Source: a virus (taxonomy: Duplodnaviria; Caudoviricetes). Taken from it: DNA of 58,521 bases. The DNA is taken from positions 1 through 58,521 of the IMG/VR virus record IMGVR_UViG_3300046167_000389; one strand, 5' to 3'. Below, one piece after another: positions 48,005 through 58,198 of this stretch (the stretch's first letter is position 1; each line of letters begins with the position of its first letter). The translations under genes were made by a program, and so were the position numbers. The notes under the pieces are model-generated. The model searched no databases. It had not been told where the DNA came from and worked only from the letters and a program-made list of their open reading frames with translations.

Positions 48005-50237
48005 AAGCGTATCTTACTTGATTATTGATGGGAGTATCACCTTTGGCCGGTAACGGCTCTGGGGCTTCAGCTTTTTTCCAGTAGGTCACACCCTTAGCGT
48101 AAACCCTGTCTCTATAAACGGTAGCAATATCAAAGCCTTTTACCGCTTGACCTGTTTTCATATCTATAAAGAGATGTTTGTCGAAGGGATTAATTCCTAC
48201 TTCTACAACAGTATCATCCATTTCATTCAGAACATTTCTTTGTGAGGTAACATTGCCCTGAACAGACATGGCCGGAACTTTTTTACCATCTTCCGCTATA
48301 GCTCTTCGCTTTTTCTGATCTACGTGAAATGTACCCTTTTCTAAGGTAACTGCGGGTAAGTAGGACTCTGCCTTACTATAATTAGGAACCCCTTTTGAGT
48401 TTATTGGATGAACGGTCTGCAATCTATTGAAGGGTGCGGGTGGTCCATCAGGATCAATTTTAGAATTTAGGTTTAAACGAACCGACTTCTCTGCGCCTTC
48501 CTCTACGGGAGCATTAATCATAGCATTTTTATTAGGGCCGCCCGCTGTACTTTTACTTAAATCAATAGCCTCTAAGTCATCTATGGTATGGCTCTTTAGA
48601 ACTACGTTGGGGTTTTCCATATTGAATTGGCTAGTTCCAATCTCTAGCTCATCACCAAACGCTGTAGCCATCTGAGTTTCTAAAGGTGGATCGTTTAGAG
48701 GTGGGCCACCGTTATCTCCAAATCGATAAATTTTAGGCTCTGGCTGAGGCCCGCCCCCAGACGGAAGACTTCTTAAATATGCTTCTTTTTCGGCTTCGCC
48801 TATGAGTGCTTTATATCTAGTTACTTCCTCAACCATCTGGTCATCTACGGGCATTAAAGTATTTGACCTAAAACCCAATGATCTTTGGTCATCTTGCCGC
48901 TTAAAGTTTCCCGCGCGTCTGTCTTCAAAGAATTTCCTTTGTAAAAGCTGCAAAGGTACGTCTTCAAGTTCTCCGCTATATTCCCCCGGAATCTGCCGAT
49001 TGTACGTGTTATGTTTAAGCTGCGGGCCAACTAAAAACTCTCCGGTAGGATTTACTCTACCCACACTAGATGTCTGCATCTTAGGTGACATGAGAAGTTC
49101 ATCTTCAGTGATACCCACTCTAGCTAAACCCATCTGAGGGAAACCAGCTTTCTGATAGTGGTCTTTATCTAATTCCTGCCAAAGAAGTCGGCGTTTTGTT
49201 CCACCCATACCACCTTCTTCAGGAAGCAGATTTAAGTATTCTTTAGTTTCTGAATTAAGTATTCCGGGCCAGTTAGGGTCTACATTATTTTTAACCCATT
49301 CGTCATATTCTTTTACTTTCTGCGGTTTAATCTCAGATTTGCTAATTAATTCCATGACAGTGTCGCTCATCATGGAATTAAAGTCTCCAGACTGCCCAGC
49401 CATAGAGGCGTATACAATATTAGGGTTGCCGCCTTGTTCAGCAACACGATTAGCCAGCTTCACCATTTTACCTGCTACAGTATCGTCTGATGCCCAAAGC
49501 CCCGTAAATGGGTTTCTCATAAACCCGCGACCACCGTCTAAGTCTACAGGCTCATCAAACTCATAGTCTCCTACGCCAGTAAGTGTCTGGTCTGTAGCGG
49601 AGCGGTCTCCCTGCGCAGGTAGTAATACTGCATTCTCTTGCTGTAATTCATCAATGGTTACTGGTTTTTTATCTACCAGATTACCCTTTTCCTGCGTCTG
49701 CTTAGGTATCTGGTCTGCGTAGTCGTCTAACCTTGTCTTAGATAATCCAGCGGGGTCTAGTTCGTTTTTTAAGGCTTTGTCTGCAGGCTTTCTATTGGCA
49801 AATAGATTACCGCCCATAGACCCTACCGTGTTGGAGTCGTATTCAGGCATAGCGTCCACAACTTTGTTGGCTTTCTCAGCCATCATTTCAGCGCCACGCA
49901 TAATAGCTTTCTGTGCAGCGTCACCAGCCCCCGGAATTAAACCTAATACAGTACCGACTGCCCCTAGACCGCCCATAGCGCCTATCAGATAGTAGTTGGG
50001 GTTTTCCTGCTCTAGCTCCTCACCAATCATCTGTACGGTCTCATAACCGCCCTTGATGTCTCCTATGATGGGGGTAAAGTCTAAGGCTACGTTGCCTACG
50101 TCTTTCCAAGTAATTTCTGGAACGTCTACTGCAAGATTTTCTACTTCCTGTGATACACCTTCTTCGGTAAATCCAAACATAGTCTCAGTCTCTTTAGAGA
50201 CCTCATCGCCGCCAAACATGTACTCGTACAGACCCAT
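47973..50237 (-). CDS. Large head-module protein with pre-toxin TG-like motif
   Basis: VALDFTPIIGDIKGGYE...LGLIPGAGD near the N-terminus. Confidence 0.55.
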   Translation of the reverse strand: MGLYEYMFGGDEVSKETETMFGFTEEGVSQEVENLAVDVPEITWKDVGNVALDFTPIIGDIKGGYETVQMIGEELEQENPNYYLIGAMGGLGAVGTVLGLIPGAGDAAQKAIMRGAEMMAEKANKVVDAMPEYDSNTVGSMGGNLFANRKPADKALKNELDPAGLSKTRLDDYADQIPKQTQEKGNLVDKKPVTIDELQQENAVLLPAQGDRSATDQTLTGVGDYEFDEPVDLDGGRGFMRNPFTGLWASDDTVAGKMVKLANRVAEQGGNPNIVYASMAGQSGDFNSMMSDTVMELISKSEIKPQKVKEYDEWVKNNVDPNWPGILNSETKEYLNLLPEEGGMGGTKRRLLWQELDKDHYQKAGFPQMGLARVGITEDELLMSPKMQTSSVGRVNPTGEFLVGPQLKHNTYNRQIPGEYSGELEDVPLQLLQRKFFEDRRAGNFKRQDDQRSLGFRSNTLMPVDDQMVEEVTRYKALIGEAEKEAYLRSLPSGGGPQPEPKIYRFGDNGGPPLNDPPLETQMATAFGDELEIGTSQFNMENPNVVLKSHTIDDLEAIDLSKSTAGGPNKNAMINAPVEEGAEKSVRLNLNSKIDPDGPPAPFNRLQTVHPINSKGVPNYSKAESYLPAVTLEKGTFHVDQKKRRAIAEDGKKVPAMSVQGNVTSQRNVLNEMDDTVVEVGINPFDKHLFIDMKTGQAVKGFDIATVYRDRVYAKGVTYWKKAEAPEPLPAKGDTPINNQVRYAFSRGGLMSAT

Positions 50238-50453
50238 TATTCGGCTCCCTTAATTACTTCATCCCGAAGAGTTTCGATCCGCTTTAATTCAGCGATAGCA
50301 CCTTGTATTTCCAACACACGGCTGATGTTCCTTGGTTGTCTCTAAGAGACTGTGGTAATGAGCTATACGTGCCTTTGCGTAATCCTTAAGAGAGTTGTAT
50401 TGATCTCTATCGTTTACTAAGGGCAGTATCCCTTTGAAAAACTGTTTATCCAT
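50237..50453 (-). CDS. Small protein downstream of portal (frameshifted)
   Basis: MDKQFFKGILPLVND...QGAIAELKRIETLRDEV. Confidence 0.55.
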
Positions 50454-52601
50454 TACTGAACTTGACCTTGAGGTGGTTGCTGAGGTTGAGGTGCATTACC
50501 TCCATTTGCTCCACCGCCGCCGCCAGAGAAACCTGCCGCATCTGGTTCAGGTGCTTGTGACGCGCCTATGTTACCGCCGCCGTTTCCTGTTGGGTCTTGT
50601 ACGGAGGGTGCGCCGCCTTCAGGAGCCTGTCCTTCGGGTGCTTCTGGTTGTGGTGGCATCATAGCCTGAATCTCTGCCATCATCTTTTGTTGGATAGCCG
50701 CCTCGCGTGGATCGTTCAGTATCTTGTCTTCATCCAAGTCCATAGAGGACGCTAACTCACGTAAGATGTAGTCATACTTAACAAATGGTTGCATCGATGG
50801 GTTGGCTGTCATTTGCATAAACTGTAGCAGACGTTGACTGCGTACTTCATTACGCATCAAGCTTTCTGTACCACGGGCTTTTACTTCTAGGTCTCCAATA
50901 AATTCTTTATCGAAGTTAAACTGCATATTAAATGCAAACAGGCTTTTACCTAAAGGCGACAATAGATAGTCATCAATATTACGCACAACTGCTTTAATGT
51001 TCTGTGCCGCCGCACCCATCAACATAGACATACCAGATGCTGTTCGACCAACACCGCCTACGGCTCCTGAACCGTGTGTATATGATGGAATACCTGTAGC
51101 TTCATCTGCAAGCTGTCGGCTCTTATCAAACATCATCAAAAGCTCTTGGGATACGTTAGGGAACTTAGTACCGAAGATGGCTTGCCCCGGTGCGCCCGCC
51201 TGTCTACGGAAGACTTTGCCCGGATATACTGATAGGTCTTGCCCCGGAACTAGATTGGTCTCATCTACTTCTATTAGTAGGTTTCCAGATAAGGCTCCGT
51301 TATCTACAGCCATCCGCATAAAGCCGTTCATAAGCAGTTGCGTGTCTGTCATGTTCTCAGCTACGCCGATTCCAAAGAAGCTGTATGGATTTAGCTCATA
51401 GGGTACGGATAAGTATGGTATACGGGTAGGAGTAAACGGATTGAGTACTAGACGCAGTATTTGTCCGTTACAGACCCATATATTGACCTGTATTTCGTCC
51501 TGATCCTTTAATTCCTTGGGGATATCAATATCAGCTTCTTCAGCCAATTCTGCGTCTAATATGCCCCAATATTCGAGTACTTCGTAGCGTTCCATAGAAG
51601 ATGATACTGAATCGTCTTCTAGTGCGTCTTCCCAGTACTCTCGCTGGTAGTCTGCGCCATACTCTACCGCTAATTCGATGCTCTCTTCGCGGAAGTGAGG
51701 ACGTTTCTTGAGAGAACGCATCTGAGTGCGGTTCAGGCGGTGTCTCTGTATAGTAAATTCAGCCTCAGACATATTACGGGCGTCTGGGTCAGGGTAGAAA
51801 TCCCAAATGCTGACGTATTCCATCTTTGGGATTGTTTCAAACAGCGGATCGTAGTTACCTTCCTCATCCCAGCGGGGATATTCCTTGTCCATAGCAAATG
51901 GACCTTTAAATACGCCGGTTCCAAAGAGAGTACACTCAAATGCCACTGATCGAAGGTGCTTAGGGGCGTCAGTCTCATCCAACTGATCGTGCATAAGCTT
52001 TTCCATCTTCTGAGCGGCACGTTTAGCTGGCTCAAAGGTAATAGAACCCGGAGTTGAGTTAGCTCCTATTTCTAAATCGTCTTTTATTGGCTCCAGCCGC
52101 TCTTTGTAGAGTCCTAAATCCTTGGCTATGTCGGGTCGAGCGATTGAGACAGGTACTTGGTAGTCTACGTCTACCTTTTCCTTAACTTTTTCGTCTGTTA
52201 GGGCGTTTGGATTGTAGGAAACCTCTCCAGCTACGTTACTGGGGAACTGTCTGGCCTCAATACCAATAGGAAACTTCGATCCTGCAAATAATACGTCTAC
52301 TACTTGGGCATAAGCAGCCAAAACTTTAGTCTTAGTTACCTTTATGAAGGCCTTTAGACTTCTCAGTCTCCGTAAATTGTACTTCTGAGGAGTATAGGCC
52401 ACGATAATTACGATAAGAATCCAGCCAACGCTCTTCGTCAGCATATCTGGCGTCTTTCGAGCGGGTATACTGGCTATTAACAAAGGCCACTGCCCCAGAA
52501 TAGTTGATATTTTCCTCTACTACGTCACCGTCTTCGGCAAGAGGTACTGCAATGTCAGTATCTGTAACGTCTTCTGGTAGCGGTTTGTCCATTAATGCCA
52601 T
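50453..52601 (-). CDS. Portal protein (frameshift near 52340)
   Basis: EERWLDSYRNYRG, KVTKTKVLAAY, FGTGVFKGP, RTASGMSML. Confidence 0.88.
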
Positions 52602-52603
52602 AT

Positions 52604-54477
52604 TCAGTATCCAAATGTTGCGTCTGCGGGTCGCCAGACTTGTTGCGGAACGCCGTGGCCCATATCAAAGGGTGAGAATGCCTTCGGTCTGCTCATTACT
52701 GCGTACCTGACGCTGTCGTATGCGTGATCTGAGGCGTAGCGAGGGTCTATATCGTCTGATCCTCTAGGGTCTGCCGGTATGACGGGCAGGTCGGCAATGA
52801 TTTGTCGGCACGTATTGAAGAATTGTATCCCCGGAAGGCCTGTGTCCTCGTCTACTTTAAGGACTTCGTGCAGCCTGTTCTTGCCAGCTACTCTTGCGCC
52901 GTTGGTTCTGTCGCTAGGACGCCAACGTGTACCCTGTGAAATCATCTCTTCAGCTATGGATGGACCAAGTTGACCCCGCTGATGCCAGCAACTGGAGTCT
53001 AGAACTCCGTAGTCTATACGCGTCAGAGCCTTCAGCTTCCAGTACAGCCCTAGCTAGTCTCTTCCGGTATGCTTACTCAGGTATAATTCCCTGTAGCAGA
53101 CTAATGTATTATAGCTTGGGTCAATAGCGAACCAATGAACAGCAGCTATAAGAACTATATCCGTAGTCGCAGGACCGAAACCTACGCCAATCAGTTGGTA
53201 TTTCATACGGCTCAATAACGTGAACCTTTGACCTGAACTCTGAGAATGCCGCTCCGTCTGCAACTGCCCAGTCTCCTTCTAGTAATTGCCGCCGCTGCAT
53301 CTCAGGGAGAGATAGCAGGTTAGCCTCGTACTGACCGCCATCCATCAGGTAGGGGTTATCCTTGAGGCTTGCCGGTATAAACCGACGATAGAACAGTGGC
53401 TCTCCAGCCCTCTCATGGCTGTCTGGGTAGACCATGTCCTCGCCGGTCTCTATGTCCTTAGCAACGAACTTTGAGTTGGCTGGTGCAGGGTCTATGAAGG
53501 TACGCTTTACCCAGCCATGTCCACTACCGCCCGGATTGGTAGTCGCTCTCATGTAGATAGGCAGAGTAGGGTCTGTAGTTCTAAGCCTTGAGCGCATGTA
53601 GTTCCACGCGAAAGGGGTAGGGTACTGAGTTAGCTCATCGAAGGCCACGTAACTAAAGGCCTGACCCTGATAGCGAAGAACGTCTTGGTCTCTCTCTAAG
53701 TACGTTAGCCAGAGCTTGGCTCCGCTAGGAAACGTCCACTGTGACTTCTTCTCAGCCCACTTAGCTCCTTGGAATGCACGGGGGTATAACTCCTGCGATT
53801 TCCATATTAGTTCCTCTAAGCTCGTCATTGGTTCTACGAAGTATAAGGCCGTTGAAGTTAGGGTTGCTGAAGTAGCGCATCGGGTCTGCTAGTAAGCCAA
53901 ACGACTTGCCGCCACCGGCTGCACCGCCATAGAGTACTTCACGCTCAGAGGCAGCTAGAAACTCTGTCTGTGGACCCTCGTTAGGTGCGAAGACTACTTC
54001 CTGCTTCTGCTTCTCGCTCTCAATCACAGAGAAGTCTAGATTGGCAGTGTCCAACTCCTCGTTGGGCTGTAACTCTGCTAACTGCTTCTTAGCGATAGTC
54101 AGTCTGCGTTTGGCGTCCGACTGCTTGCGCTTTGCAGTTGCTAGGGTCTTCTCTTCCTTAGTCTTAGGCTTACGCTTGCGGTTATCCTTAGCAAGCTGCT
54201 TCAGGCGCTTGGATGGATTGTCACTCTTAGGCCCTCTGTGAGCCTTCCAGATGTGTATCAGACCTTGATGAGATATCTTATCTCCGGTCTTGGACGTTAA
54301 CCACTCAGCGGTCTTACGGCTGGAGTGACCCTCTTCCAAGTAGTCCATAGCCTCTTCGACTAGAGCGGCCTTCTCCATGTCAGCTACTACGACTAAGGGA
54401 TCATGTTCAGAAACCTTGTAGGCGTAGGGTATTTTAGCTGTCTTGTTAGGTCTTGTCTTATTTAACCAGATACTCAA
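52604..54477 (-). CDS. terL: Terminase large subunit (several frameshifts)
   Basis: Walker A YGGAAGGGKS, Walker B AFDE, RATTNPGG, DYGYS, DHAYDSVRY. Confidence 0.9.
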
Positions 54478-54849
54478 TCGTCGCTCTTCGGTGGCAGAAT
54501 AAACATAGCCCCGCCCGTGTTCTTAACTTCTAGCTGCTCTTTCTTAATCAGGCCGGTGCGGTCCAGTAGCTGAGAGGCGGCTGCAATAGAGTTACGTGCG
54601 CCCATAGCCCCCGGATCGTCTAGCACATCAACCATGCTCCACGCTGCCTTAGTGGAGTTCATAGCAAGCACCATAGAGGCCTCGCTCGTTAATCTCATCT
54701 TTCAAGGCAGATACAACTATGCGGCTGTGGGTAGTTTCTGCGTACCCAGCTACCTTCATAGCCTTCTTGATATTACCCTTACACTCATCCGACATCAGGG
54801 CGTCTAAGAAGAGCAATTGCTTGTCGGTGTATTCCTTCTCAGTCTTCAT
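54474..54849 (-). CDS. terS: Terminase small subunit (frameshifted)
   Basis: YTDKQLLFLD...AMKVAGY; LLDRTGL; upstream of terL. Confidence 0.7.
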
Positions 54850-55121
54850 CCGATAGTCCTCATATATACAAAGCAAGCGCCGATAGATGCCGTGAAGACG
54901 ATCCACCAAATGCGCTCAAAGAATTGCAGCTTGTGGCCTCTGGACGCAGTAAGCTGATCCAGTTTCACAATACGATCCCACATAGCCTTTTGCTGATCGT
55001 CGATATTATCCATACGCTTAAACACAGTAATCATACGCTCTTCCATTCTGGCTAGAGTTACGACTGCGTGTGAGAGCTTATCCAATTTGTCCTCAATTCT
55101 TGTGAGGCGTTCATCTGTCAT
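54846..55121 (-). CDS. Coiled-coil protein with C-terminal TM (holin-like?)
   Basis: RLTRIEDKLDKL; hydrophobic C-terminus. Confidence 0.55.
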   Translation of the reverse strand: MTDERLTRIEDKLDKLSHAVVTLARMEERMITVFKRMDNIDDQQKAMWDRIVKLDQLTASRGHKLQFFERIWWIVFTASIGACFVYMRTIG

Positions 55122-55267
55122 TTTCTTTTAGCTTTTTTAGCAAGACCGCCCTTAGCCATCTTACCGGCCTGAAGGTCTTTGTAGGTCTTATCGCTGATAG
55201 TACTCTTTGACTTTGAACGGCTTGTGCCAGCCTTCTTGCGAGCATTCATATTCTTAACTAAGGACAT
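55118..55267 (-). CDS. 49-aa Lys-rich basic protein
   Basis: Read by hand: MSLVKNMNARKKAG...MAKGGLAKKAKRK. Confidence 0.7.
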   Translation of the reverse strand: MSLVKNMNARKKAGTSRSKSKSTISDKTYKDLQAGKMAKGGLAKKAKRK

Positions 55268-55271
55268 TGTA

Positions 55272-55538
55272 TTACCACTTCTTGCAGGACCAGTATCTGG
55301 CGGTTAGTTTACTCTTGGCTGTGTCACACTTGTGCCTAGCTCTGAATGATTTGCGGGCCTTTGGATTGTCCTTGCGGATTTCCATATTGGGGTCGCCAAA
55401 GGTGATGTACTTAACCGTGTCACCTTCTACAGCCAGCACCTCGAACTTCTTAGGACCACCTCTGCGCGGCTTATTTACCGCCGTAAATCCATGCCGCTTC
55501 TTACCGGCTGCTATCTTCTCTGCTTTAGTCTTTGCCAT
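55272..55538 (-). CDS. Basic conserved phage protein
   Basis: ITFGDPNM, RKSFRARHKC, ARYWSCKKW. Confidence 0.75.
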   Translation of the reverse strand: MAKTKAEKIAAGKKRHGFTAVNKPRRGGPKKFEVLAVEGDTVKYITFGDPNMEIRKDNPKARKSFRARHKCDTAKSKLTARYWSCKKW

Positions 55539-55790
55539 TTAAGCCACCACAAAATCTACTATCTGACCGTCAGGCATTCTCAGCTTGTTAGGGTCAGGAT
55601 GATACGCATACATCTGATTAACTATCTTGAGGTCTTCTACCGGAGTGTCAGGCGTTATTTTATTAGGCTGCTCCGGCTTGAACTCTTCGTTGTTCCTAGA
55701 AGACCTGTCTTTACCTGCTCTCTCAAAAACTATATTGTCGTGGGTCTGAAACGGAAAGCTAGGTAGAGGTAAGTGTGATAGCAAAGTCAT
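55539..55790 (-). CDS. Hypothetical protein
   Basis: Coupled ORF. Confidence 0.6.
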   Translation of the reverse strand: MTLLSHLPLPSFPFQTHDNIVFERAGKDRSSRNNEEFKPEQPNKITPDTPVEDLKIVNQMYAYHPDPNKLRMPDGQIVDFVVA

Positions 55791-56251
55791 CTAAACTGCC
55801 AAGCCCACCATATTAGCCCAGCGCATCCACCAAGGACGATTACGACTACTACGCACCACTGAAAGACTTCGACTAGGAATGCTCTGGCTTTAGCTTGCTC
55901 CTCAGCTTCTTCCCGCTTCCGCACCCGCTCCTGAGCCTGAAACTTTACCCAATCATCGTAGAGACCCGGACGCCCGTACAAGCGCATGTGAGACTCAATC
56001 TCCTTACGTGCTTGCTTGAGTTTATCTAGGTGCAGGAACTCCTCGAAAGAGTTCTCGTCCTTGCCTAGAGCCGCAGAGAACAGACTACGCTTCTTACGGT
56101 CACCCTGCGCCTTTAGGGTCTCCTCAGCGGTAAGGATTGCCCCTAGCTGTCGCCCCATAGCAGATATATCTTGTCCATGCCCGATCAGTTGTTTTACCTG
56201 ACCGATAGCGGCATTGGCGGCTCCTATAACCGCCAGTGTCTCTGCTATCAT
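55787..56251 (-). CDS. Membrane-anchored hypothetical protein
   Basis: C-terminal TM. Confidence 0.65.
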   Translation of the reverse strand: MIAETLAVIGAANAAIGQVKQLIGHGQDISAMGRQLGAILTAEETLKAQGDRKKRSLFSAALGKDENSFEEFLHLDKLKQARKEIESHMRLYGRPGLYDDWVKFQAQERVRKREEAEEQAKARAFLVEVFQWCVVVVIVLGGCAGLIWWAWQFR

Positions 56252-56271
56252 CTCTCCCCCCGAAGAAATAA

Positions 56272-56469
56272 CTAGATGTGATTTTGTCCTATCGGAAAGC
56301 AGTACGGCCTAGCGTTAAGCTCAAGCATATCGAAAACGTACTTAGCTACTCCCTGCATTTCCTGTACGCACTCTCGCTTAGTCTCGTACAGGTTTTCAGT
56401 ATTCATCTTAACGTCACAGGTCTTAACGTCTGTCATAGACGCACATACCAGTAACGCACCGATAAACAT
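56272..56469 (-). CDS. Small Cys-containing protein
   Basis: ORF with four Cys. Confidence 0.6.
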   Translation of the reverse strand: MFIGALLVCASMTDVKTCDVKMNTENLYETKRECVQEMQGVAKYVFDMLELNARPYCFPIGQNHI

Positions 56470-56609
56470 TACTTCTTCTTTTTCTTCATAGCCATGCCGC
56501 CGTAGCTCATAGCTGGCTTCTTCTTCATAGCCATACCGCCCATGTTAAACTTAGGCATAGTACGCTGCTTTGCTGGGGGCATGTCGGCCCCACACTTCTT
56601 ACCCTTCAT
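56469..56609 (-). CDS. 46-aa Lys/Met-rich protein with two xxGGMAMKKK repeats
   Basis: Read by hand; GAGGAG RBS. Confidence 0.7.
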   Translation of the reverse strand: MKGKKCGADMPPAKQRTMPKFNMGGMAMKKKPAMSYGGMAMKKKKK

Positions 56610-56856
56610 CATCAAACTCCTCTTCTAATAACTCTGGTATGAATCTCTTTGGATCTAATGGAACATCTACTGAACAGTCTTCTGTGGCGAAGTATCTTCC
56701 GTAGCCGTCGAACTCTTGGGCTAAGGGATTATCCCTCAACTCCTTGTCAGAGATCAGGCCTTCTTCCAGTAGTAATCTTCTGATGTGATCGAACTTCAGG
56801 ATCTGTCCTGTTCGTTCTTGGATCGCTGCACGAATATAGTACAGATTAAATGTCAT
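56599..56856 (-). CDS. Hypothetical protein, first gene of the packaging operon
   Basis: ORF downstream of the promoter at 56875-56904. Confidence 0.65.
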   Translation of the reverse strand: MTFNLYYIRAAIQERTGQILKFDHIRRLLLEEGLISDKELRDNPLAQEFDGYGRYFATEDCSVDVPLDPKRFIPELLEEEFDDEG

Positions 56857-56874
56857 AATTTAACTAACCCCTTC

Positions 56875-56904
56875 ATTGTAACATTTTATATGGCCCTCGG
56901 TCAA
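56875..56904 (-). promoter_or_regulatory. Promoter of the packaging/head operon
   Basis: TTGACC-N18-TACAAT with extended TG. Confidence 0.65.
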
Positions 56905-56937
56905 GGGCTTAATTAATCATCTTGTTAAGTATTTTTA

Positions 56938-56966
56938 TTGACAACTAGCTGATTAATTTGTATAAT
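56938..56966 (+). promoter_or_regulatory. Perfect-consensus sigma70 promoter with no sense ORF downstream
   Basis: TTGACA-N17-TATAAT. Confidence 0.75.
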
Positions 56967-57045
56967 GAATTGTCGGTTGAGTGGTTAACTATATAGATAG
57001 CCTAACTCACCCTAGTATGGGGTGTAGTAGTTTACTCTAAGTAAT

Positions 57046-57261
57046 CTACCCGCCGTAGACCTTGTGGTAGATTTCTCCCCGACTAATTCCCATATCCTTT
57101 AACTGTTTGTCGGATAGGTTCTTCAACTGCCAGTAGTCTACCCGCCGTTGCTGCATATCCTGCATCTTCTTGACTATGGCTGCGTCACCTACAAAGGTGT
57201 GGACCATCACTGCAAACATCTTTCCAAACATATCTATCTCCTTAGCTGTATGTGGTATCAT
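57046..57261 (-). CDS. DUF1127 (YjiS-like) small protein
   Basis: QRR..YWQLKNLSDKQLKDMGISRGEI; true start probably near 57231. Confidence 0.85.
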   Translation of the reverse strand: MIPHTAKEIDMFGKMFAVMVHTFVGDAAIVKKMQDMQQRRVDYWQLKNLSDKQLKDMGISRGEIYHKVYGG

Positions 57262-57309
57262 TATACCAACTACGCCAACTAGGTAGTAGATAGATAAGGC
57301 GAATACCCG

Positions 57310-57696
57310 CTATGCTTTCAGGTAATCGATAGCTCTTTGCAGACCGGCTTCGTTGTCACCTAACAATCCAATAGACAAGTTGCAGTGAGGACATAGCCAT
57401 CCCCTAAACTTCTCTGTCTCGTAGCAGTGGTCTAGCACCAACTTAGTGTCAGTCTTCCCGCAGCACTGGCAATGGTCAGTCATCGGCGGGGCAGTCTTCC
57501 TGATATTATTGACTACCGCGTTGTTATACTTCTGGCAGTCCTTGCAAGAGGTACTCCGACTTTCCCTGTCTCCTGTAGCCCGCCTGTACAGCCTAAAGGC
57601 TTCTCTAGGCTTAACCTGAGAACAGTGTCTGCACTTAATGTCGCCTGTTTTAGCTGGATTATCTTCCCAGCCAAATAGGTTAGGCTGTTGGGTCAT
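57310..57696 (-). CDS. Endonuclease VII-like HNH protein
   Basis: CQCCG...LVLDHC...FRGWLCPHCN..IG. Confidence 0.85.
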   Translation of the reverse strand: MTQQPNLFGWEDNPAKTGDIKCRHCSQVKPREAFRLYRRATGDRESRSTSCKDCQKYNNAVVNNIRKTAPPMTDHCQCCGKTDTKLVLDHCYETEKFRGWLCPHCNLSIGLLGDNEAGLQRAIDYLKA

Positions 57697-58018
57697 AGTC
57701 AGTGTCAAAAAGATCAGCAACTACTTCGTCGCTTACTTCTATCGTCTGAGCTAAATCCCTGAGCTTAGTAGCTTCCTTAGTGAGTTCAGAGGCTATGTCG
57801 TATAACTCCCCGTACTCCGACTCCGCATTGTCCAAGACAAACTGAGTAATCTCCCAGAATGGTTTCTGGATAGTCACCTTCTCATCCTCACCAACTTCCA
57901 AAGTAGTCTGTAGGTACAGCATCCCTGAGTCTGGTACTTGCAAGTCGTGGTCTAAGAAAAACGGTAGCCCGTCAGCAAACAGGACTCCATCTTCTCCGCA
58001 GTCATTATCATTAGCCAT
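57680..58018 (-). CDS. Acidic hypothetical protein
   Basis: ORF. Confidence 0.6.
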   Translation of the reverse strand: MANDNDCGEDGVLFADGLPFFLDHDLQVPDSGMLYLQTTLEVGEDEKVTIQKPFWEITQFVLDNAESEYGELYDIASELTKEATKLRDLAQTIEVSDEVVADLFDTDYDPTA

Positions 58019-58198
58019 AGGTAATCCAAATAAATAAATAAAATATGCCGCTAAGTATATACGAACTTAGCAACACTTTACAAGTGCCTTTGCTAATTTG
58101 CTAACTACTGAAGTAGTACGTTGACGGATTATTCTGCTGGAGTAATCGGCTGGGAGCCATTTACAGTTGCTATTTTCTAAAAATAGGTGGGAGTTGTA

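Noticed and set aside
14142-54909. Programmed frameshifts or pseudogenes in RNR, portal, terminase, scaffold and others
   Set aside because: Single-base indels hit many essential genes, often at short homopolymers, which points to long-read sequencing error.
19781-57678. Numerous plus-strand ORFs in the structural module
   Set aside because: Antisense shadows of long minus-strand genes, with no RBS or recognisable motifs.
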